A stretch of DNA of 42,089 bases from a virus (taxonomy: Duplodnaviria > Caudoviricetes): positions 1-42,089 of the IMG/VR virus record IMGVR_UViG_3300033232_000036, one strand, 5' to 3'. Made by a program: the position numbers and the translations under genes. Shown here in pieces: positions 37,174 through 42,089 of this stretch. Each line of letters starts with the position of its first letter. The first letter of the stretch is position 1. The notes beneath the pieces were generated by a model, which was not told where the DNA came from, did no database searches, and saw nothing but the letters and a program-made list of their open reading frames with translations.

Positions 37174-38706
37174 AGCACAAATAAAACAATACTAGAACAG
37201 GCGATACCCACTGAAACGAACGCTATTAAGCGCGATTCGTTTGATGCAGCGGCGTTCGCGTCTATGATAAACACGGCCGAGGCGCTAAAAACCGTAAATG
37301 AGGAAGGCGTCGCAGAACTGAAAACGTTTGAACCATTACTGGAAGACATTTTTAGCAGTCTGTTCAAATACAACCCGAAAAAACTCCTCGCCGGGGAGTT
37401 AAAGGAAAGCCATCAATTGAACTACGACATGGTTTCCAAATCTCTGATGTCCGAACAGTATGCGCGGTTAAGGCAATATACCAAACTGGACGACGTAAAC
37501 AGCGCTCTAGCGACTATAACAATCGCGAACGCATTGATTCCAGAAATTAAGGATGCACTCGCCGAGCAGGTTAAGCAGGCGAACGAACTTAAGGCCCTAG
37601 AGGATGGCGTTGAGGCGGCAGAAAATGAACTGGCAGAGTTTGAGGCTGGCAATGGCAGCGGACAAGGCAGCGACCCACAGACACGCAAAAAGCAAAAGCA
37701 ACAACTTTCCAAGGGAGTAAAAAGTGCGAAGGCCAAGTACGACAAGGGCGCCGCCGCGGCTAAGGCAGCACCGGCGAATCAACCGGCTATTAGACAAACC
37801 ATGAGAAAAGCCACTCAGGACGCGCTGGCTGAAATTGAGGAAACCTCGGAAATGATAGAAATGTGGGGAACCGACGCCGGCGAAATGCAATCTCTAAACG
37901 CAGAGCAGCGGATACGATTGGCTCAACAAATTAACGACAATGTGCGCCTTAAAAAACTGGCAAAAATACTCGGCCGATTTAAGCGGTTGGCAGTGGGTGC
38001 TCAAGCCACTAAAGTTACGCACGGGTTCGATGAAGTTTATGATATAACGCTCGGCAACGACCTTAACCGAGTGATTCCTAGCGAAATGATATTGTTACGA
38101 AATGCAAAAACGAAAATGGAGTTTGCACGGCGCTTCGCCGAAGCGAAACTGATGCAATATGATTTAAGGGGGCGCGAAAATATTGGGAAGGGCCCGATAA
38201 TATGTTGTCTTGACGCGAGCGGAAGTATGTCACTAGAACAGGACGTTTGGAGCAAGGCTGTCGCATTGGCATTGATGGAAATTGCACACCGGCAGAAACG
38301 CGCGTTCGCTGCAATCCACTTCGGCAGCGAGAACGACCCCTTAAAGACGGTATTTGTTAAGAAGGGCGAAACCAAAACCCTTCACAAGGTCATTGAAATA
38401 GCCGAATATTATCTCGGCGGCGGCACCGACTTTGAAAAGCCACTCAACAAAGCAATGGAAATTATAGAATGCGTGGAGTTTAAAAAGGCCGACATAGTGT
38501 TCATAACCGACGGAAGTTGTCGTATTGGCGACACATGGTTAACCGGCTTTAATGCAGCCCGCGCCGAAAAGGGGGTGCGGATTACAACGGTTTTAATTGA
38601 TGCGGGGCACACGTCCGACCACACCGTAAAAGAGTTTTCGGACCGTGTGCTATTCTCGTCAAATATGACAGCAGACGACGCGGTCGACATATTTGGGGCG
38701 GTGTAA
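37171..38706 (+). CDS. VWA-domain protein (ViaA-like partner of the MoxR ATPase)
   Basis: GNDLNRVIPSE, KGPIICCLDASGSM (MIDAS DxSxS), GGGTDF and FITDG. Confidence 0.92.
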   Translation: MSTNKTILEQAIPTETNAIKRDSFDAAAFASMINTAEALKTVNEEGVAELKTFEPLLEDIFSSLFKYNPKKLLAGELKESHQLNYDMVSKSLMSEQYARLRQYTKLDDVNSALATITIANALIPEIKDALAEQVKQANELKALEDGVEAAENELAEFEAGNGSGQGSDPQTRKKQKQQLSKGVKSAKAKYDKGAAAAKAAPANQPAIRQTMRKATQDALAEIEETSEMIEMWGTDAGEMQSLNAEQRIRLAQQINDNVRLKKLAKILGRFKRLAVGAQATKVTHGFDEVYDITLGNDLNRVIPSEMILLRNAKTKMEFARRFAEAKLMQYDLRGRENIGKGPIICCLDASGSMSLEQDVWSKAVALALMEIAHRQKRAFAAIHFGSENDPLKTVFVKKGETKTLHKVIEIAEYYLGGGTDFEKPLNKAMEIIECVEFKKADIVFITDGSCRIGDTWLTGFNAARAEKGVRITTVLIDAGHTSDHTVKEFSDRVLFSSNMTADDAVDIFGAV

Positions 38707-38955
38707 GTGGCCCCAGAAGTTACAGAAACCCCAGAGGAACGCGCGGCACGCAACAAGCACCGCGTCTTTAAGGGGCCGCTAAATTTAATTCAGCGATTTG
38801 AGGAAACCAACAAGGACAGAATAGACGAAGCGGTTAGAATGATGGTTGAGGACAATGCCTCCAACCACGAGGTCATAAAAACCTGCCATCTAGGGTCGCG
38901 CGTGGTACAACGTATCCGTCGGACGCGGGTTGAGCACGCCGAGCACCCGTTTTAA
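38707..38955 (+). CDS. Small HTH protein
   Basis: ASNHEVIKTCHLGSRVVQRIRR. Confidence 0.6.
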   Translation: MAPEVTETPEERAARNKHRVFKGPLNLIQRFEETNKDRIDEAVRMMVEDNASNHEVIKTCHLGSRVVQRIRRTRVEHAEHPF

Positions 38956-39078
38956 AATCAATTGAGCGGGGTATATATACGATGGAAACATACGGATATA
39001 CAATAAACAACAAAGGAGTAGATAGGCAAATAAACCAACAACAATAGACACGAACTGTAAGAATCAATACAACCTCCC

Positions 39079-39260
39079 GAACTATGCAGGGGCGGAAAGG
39101 CGGCCAGTTATTTTATAACTAAAACGCCTCATCTCGAATCTTTTAAGACCGCCCCGTACACCCTGCATCGTTCCACAAACAAATCAACCACAGTCGCTTG
39201 AATAATTGGTTAAGTCCACCCCCTGCAACGGGGTCAAGTGCATATAAACGAATGAGGCGA
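39079..39260 (+). ncRNA. Candidate structured leader RNA with alternative pairings upstream of ORF 39265
   Basis: Nested stems plus an anti-RBS segment; see findings. Confidence 0.45.
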
Positions 39261-39264
39261 AATA

Positions 39265-39729
39265 ATGTCAAAACCAATAACACCGTCAGAAATGCAAGCA
39301 ATTTTAGAAATGGAACAAAGGAGCCGCGAGGCATTCCCGCGCGTTAAGCGCGCGCTCAACGGTTTAAACGATAAGGAAGCAATCGCAATCCTCGGCATGG
39401 TCAAAAGTGACCTACAAACACAACGCACGACCCGCCAAACTGGCAAACTATTCAAGGACATAATGGACGCGGTGCTTGATGTGTTGACGGCAGACAAGAC
39501 CAACGATGAACGAAAGGCAATGCAAACCAGTTTAAACAGTAAATTACAAACACTTGAAAAGGCAGCGAACGGGGAATTAAATGAAATAATGCATGGCATT
39601 ATAGATTCGGAAGATGTCGATATTGGTGTCGTGCTGGCCAGTGTATTCGATGATATGAGAAAGGAGTTGACCCCCGAATTTAAGCCGCTGTTCACGGTAA
39701 TGGAATCTGGCACGCTGCCAGAAAAATAA
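39265..39729 (+). CDS. Hypothetical helical protein
   Basis: RBS GAGGCG, 154-aa ORF. Confidence 0.75.
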   Translation: MSKPITPSEMQAILEMEQRSREAFPRVKRALNGLNDKEAIAILGMVKSDLQTQRTTRQTGKLFKDIMDAVLDVLTADKTNDERKAMQTSLNSKLQTLEKAANGELNEIMHGIIDSEDVDIGVVLASVFDDMRKELTPEFKPLFTVMESGTLPEK

Positions 39730-39749
39730 GAATTGAATGAGGTACTTAC

Positions 39750-40103
39750 ATGGAATTGACTGTAAAGCAAACCGGCAAAACCCGAATCCTTGATGAGGGT
39801 GATGTCAAGGAAAAACATACGATGACAATGGTTGGCGCGAGCCGCGACGGAAAGTTAAATGTGAAGGTAACATTTACAGCGGACTCACCTGCAACTATCG
39901 CTTCGCAGGTGCCAATGATTGAGGGCACCAAGCGCGACATCGTGTTTAAAAAAGTAAACCAAACCCTTGACGAGTTTAAGGCCGACGGCGCTATTCCTAA
40001 GGGCGCCGTCGACATGACCGACGCAGACCAAGAGGCATATGAGGCACGGCTTAAAGCAGCACTTGACATAGACAAGCCCATCACCCTCTACACATCGGTT
40101 TAA
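39750..40103 (+). CDS. Hypothetical protein
   Basis: RBS GAGGT, followed by a T-rich terminator-like tract at ~40131-40150. Confidence 0.75.
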   Translation: MELTVKQTGKTRILDEGDVKEKHTMTMVGASRDGKLNVKVTFTADSPATIASQVPMIEGTKRDIVFKKVNQTLDEFKADGAIPKGAVDMTDADQEAYEARLKAALDIDKPITLYTSV

Positions 40104-40231
40104 ATCGTCTGTATGGGCCATTTAAACGCCCTTTCTTTTTTATTTTTATATTATTCAAACGCAGGCTTTTATCTCGCGTAAATCTCACAACGGGGCTCTT
40201 AAAAGGCTGCGTTTCCATTAATCGTGCTCTT

Positions 40232-40329
40232 AGGCGAAGACCTCATATACACACGGGTCAATTGAGGTATTGTACAACAACCAACTTAAAACGGTTGAAA
40301 CAGCATAAACAAACGAGATGAGCAAAATG
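40232..40329 (+). promoter_or_regulatory. Dispersed early promoter-leader cassette, copy 7
   Basis: GGCGAAG BRE, TCATATAC box, core GTACAACAACCAACTTAAAACGGTTGAAAC (40272-40301), then AGCATAAACAAACGAGATGAGCAAAATG. Confidence 0.85.
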
Positions 40330-40398
40330 ATGAAAGAAGAACTACACTTTACAATCGTCGTACCGATGTTGACTATAATAATCGCACTGCTTGCATAA
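40327..40398 (+). CDS. 23-aa hydrophobic micropeptide
   Basis: MMKEELHFTIVVPMLTIIIALLA, the first ORF of cassette 7. Confidence 0.55.
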   Translation: MMKEELHFTIVVPMLTIIIALLA

Positions 40399-40414
40399 AC
40401 CCGAGGCAAATATT

Positions 40415-40585
40415 ATGACACTAAACAACCCATGCAAATTTAAATTCTGCTACGATACACGCACCTTAAACTCAAAGTGCATCCGTATGAACGGGGATAA
40501 GTGCCCTGTTAACCCTGTGGAGCCAAACTGTTCCTACTTTCAGGCACACAACATTGACAAAAGCACAATCTTGAACGCACGCTAA
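40415..40585 (+). CDS. Small Cys-rich protein
   Basis: RBS GAGG and five Cys in 56 aa. Confidence 0.55.
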   Translation: MTLNNPCKFKFCYDTRTLNSKCIRMNGDKCPVNPVEPNCSYFQAHNIDKSTILNAR

Positions 40586-40683
40586 AACCTATAAATTATT
40601 CCGATGGAGTCAGCCACGTGGGCGCCGGCTCCGTCGGAACATTAACTTCAAATTATAACCTAAACGCATAGAGGCGAACCAAC

Positions 40684-41856
40684 ATGACAAACGAAGCAAT
40701 AGAAACCAAGATAGACAAGGCTGAAAAGCCAGTACAGACAAGCAAACAAGCAAAAGTAGACCTCAAGGCAGCGGCAAAAGCGATTAAGGTTAAAAAGGCA
40801 GTAGAAAAGGCAAAAGCGGCAACCAAGCCAAAAACCAACACACGCGCCAAGGTACTCCAAAACGCGGCGGCAATGCCAGCGGGCACCGAAGTGGACGAGC
40901 AGCGGTTCCCAGTTCTCGGAAATCTTGCATGGTACAGTTTGACCGATGTAAAAATCAAGCGCGGCGACCTCATGGAAATGCTCGCAAAGCACAACATTCC
41001 AGTTGACAACATGCCCCCCGAAATCTCACCGGCAAACGCATTCAGGCGGGCGACGACAAAGGTTAACAAGGAACGCAGCAGGCACGACAAGTTAAACGCC
41101 GACGGTACCACAAACGTCGTATTAATTCGCAATGTGGCGAATAACGAGCGCGAAATTGTAAAGCACATAATCGCCGAAAAGAGGGACGAAACGAATAAAA
41201 TGCTCTCCTACGAGCAGGTCGGCACTCTAATATTTGACCGCGACCTCGGTGAAATGCGCGGCACGGCACACGCAAATTATAACAGCGTTGTCAATGCTGC
41301 TCTCGAATATTATGAGGCGATGTGTGAATTTTACAATGGGAAAGCAATGCGCGCTCTTATACGCGGGCTCGTCCATGGCACCAATCCGGTCAATGTTAGG
41401 CCCGCCGGCGGAGTATACTTTATCTCCAAGGAGCATGAGGCAATCGTTAATTCTCTTGAAGGGTTTGTAAAAGACACAAATGCCTTCGCAGTATCCGAGA
41501 GCGGCGAAGCGGTGTTTGAGTTCATTCCGCTGCTCGACATGGAGAAGCAGCGTAAAATGATATTTGACAAGTATGAAAGCCAGTGCGAAAGCAGCGTTGA
41601 GGCAACCTTGACGGAGTTGGCGGACGTGCTTAAGTCTGACGCAGCTCCCTCAAAACGCACTATCGCGGCGTATGTGACAGAAGTGAAAACCCTTAAAGCG
41701 GGGATTGAAACATACGAGGCACTGTTGGAGCGGGATATGGACACGGGCCGCGCTAAACTTGCAGCGTTGCAAATGCAGGTCGCCCAGTTGTTGAATAAGG
41801 CGGCGGTGTCCGCCCTCCCAACAACCGACGCAGACCTCGATGAGGGGGATGAATAA
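40684..41856 (+). CDS. DUF6744-like protein with Lys/Ala-rich N-terminal tail
   Basis: LGNLAWYSL, PPEISPANAFRRAT and VRPAGGVYFI, a pattern I recall from a family that co-occurs with phage AAA/VWA pairs. Confidence 0.6.
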   Translation: MTNEAIETKIDKAEKPVQTSKQAKVDLKAAAKAIKVKKAVEKAKAATKPKTNTRAKVLQNAAAMPAGTEVDEQRFPVLGNLAWYSLTDVKIKRGDLMEMLAKHNIPVDNMPPEISPANAFRRATTKVNKERSRHDKLNADGTTNVVLIRNVANNEREIVKHIIAEKRDETNKMLSYEQVGTLIFDRDLGEMRGTAHANYNSVVNAALEYYEAMCEFYNGKAMRALIRGLVHGTNPVNVRPAGGVYFISKEHEAIVNSLEGFVKDTNAFAVSESGEAVFEFIPLLDMEKQRKMIFDKYESQCESSVEATLTELADVLKSDAAPSKRTIAAYVTEVKTLKAGIETYEALLERDMDTGRAKLAALQMQVAQLLNKAAVSALPTTDADLDEGDE

Positions 41857-41926
41857 ACGGAACTGTTATATAGTTGTGCGCTGACATGAGTATTGATTTG
41901 TTTGTGTTGGTCGCAAGACTAAAAAC

Positions 41927-41960
41927 CCCCGCCTTGCTCGGGCGGGGCTCTTCTATTTTC
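41927..41960 (+). terminator. GC stem-loop plus pyrimidine tract
   Basis: CCCCGCC-TTGCTCG-GGCGGGG-CTCTTCTATTTTC, with an A-run on the 5' side, so possibly bidirectional. Confidence 0.6.
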
Positions 41961-41962
41961 AA

Positions 41963-42089
41963 TAATAAAAGTCAAGAGGCGTAGACATGACCGTGGAATC
42001 CTGCGGAAGCACACAGCGTCCACGTCGCCCACACAGTGCATCGGCGAACTCAAAGCATATCTCAACACCAACGCCGCCAAGTGTTCCCC
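41963..42089. repeat. Terminal direct repeat (circular assembly overlap), copy 2
   Basis: Identical to 1-127. Confidence 0.95.

Noticed and set aside
1-42089. tRNA, rRNA, integrase/att site, DNA polymerase, pseudomurein endoisopeptidase
   Set aside because: No recognisable motifs were seen by eye. Their absence should be confirmed with tRNAscan-SE and profile searches.

Overview
The window is an apparently complete, circularly permuted ~41.96 kb genome of a tailed (siphovirus-like, HK97-fold) virus. The last 127 nt repeat the first 127 nt, and essentially all genes are on the + strand. The host is most likely an archaeon, probably a methanogen of the Methanosarcinales type. This is inferred from BRE+TATA promoters, several leaderless starts, GGTGA/GAGATGA ribosome-binding sites and a Methanosarcina-like CRISPR repeat. 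Modules in order: ERF recombinase and DUF488; ParB + radical SAM + terminase; portal; MuF head protein fused to an ADP-ribosyltransferase; a block of small early genes; protease/scaffold, decoration protein and encapsulin-like major capsid; neck and tail genes with a -1 frameshift chaperone, tape measure and duplicated receptor-binding-like genes; a GTTAAC-iteron inverted-repeat origin candidate flanked by RHH-like genes; and a MoxR/RavA AAA+ with VWA module. I recognised no polymerase, primase, helicase, integrase or cas gene. The most notable feature is a solitary 37-nt CRISPR repeat (1247-1283) together with seven dispersed promoter-leader cassettes. Their 30-nt core mimics that repeat and shares its downstream sequence, which suggests an RNA-based anti-CRISPR or Cas6-responsive early regulon. 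All annotations come from reading motifs by eye; no database searches were run.
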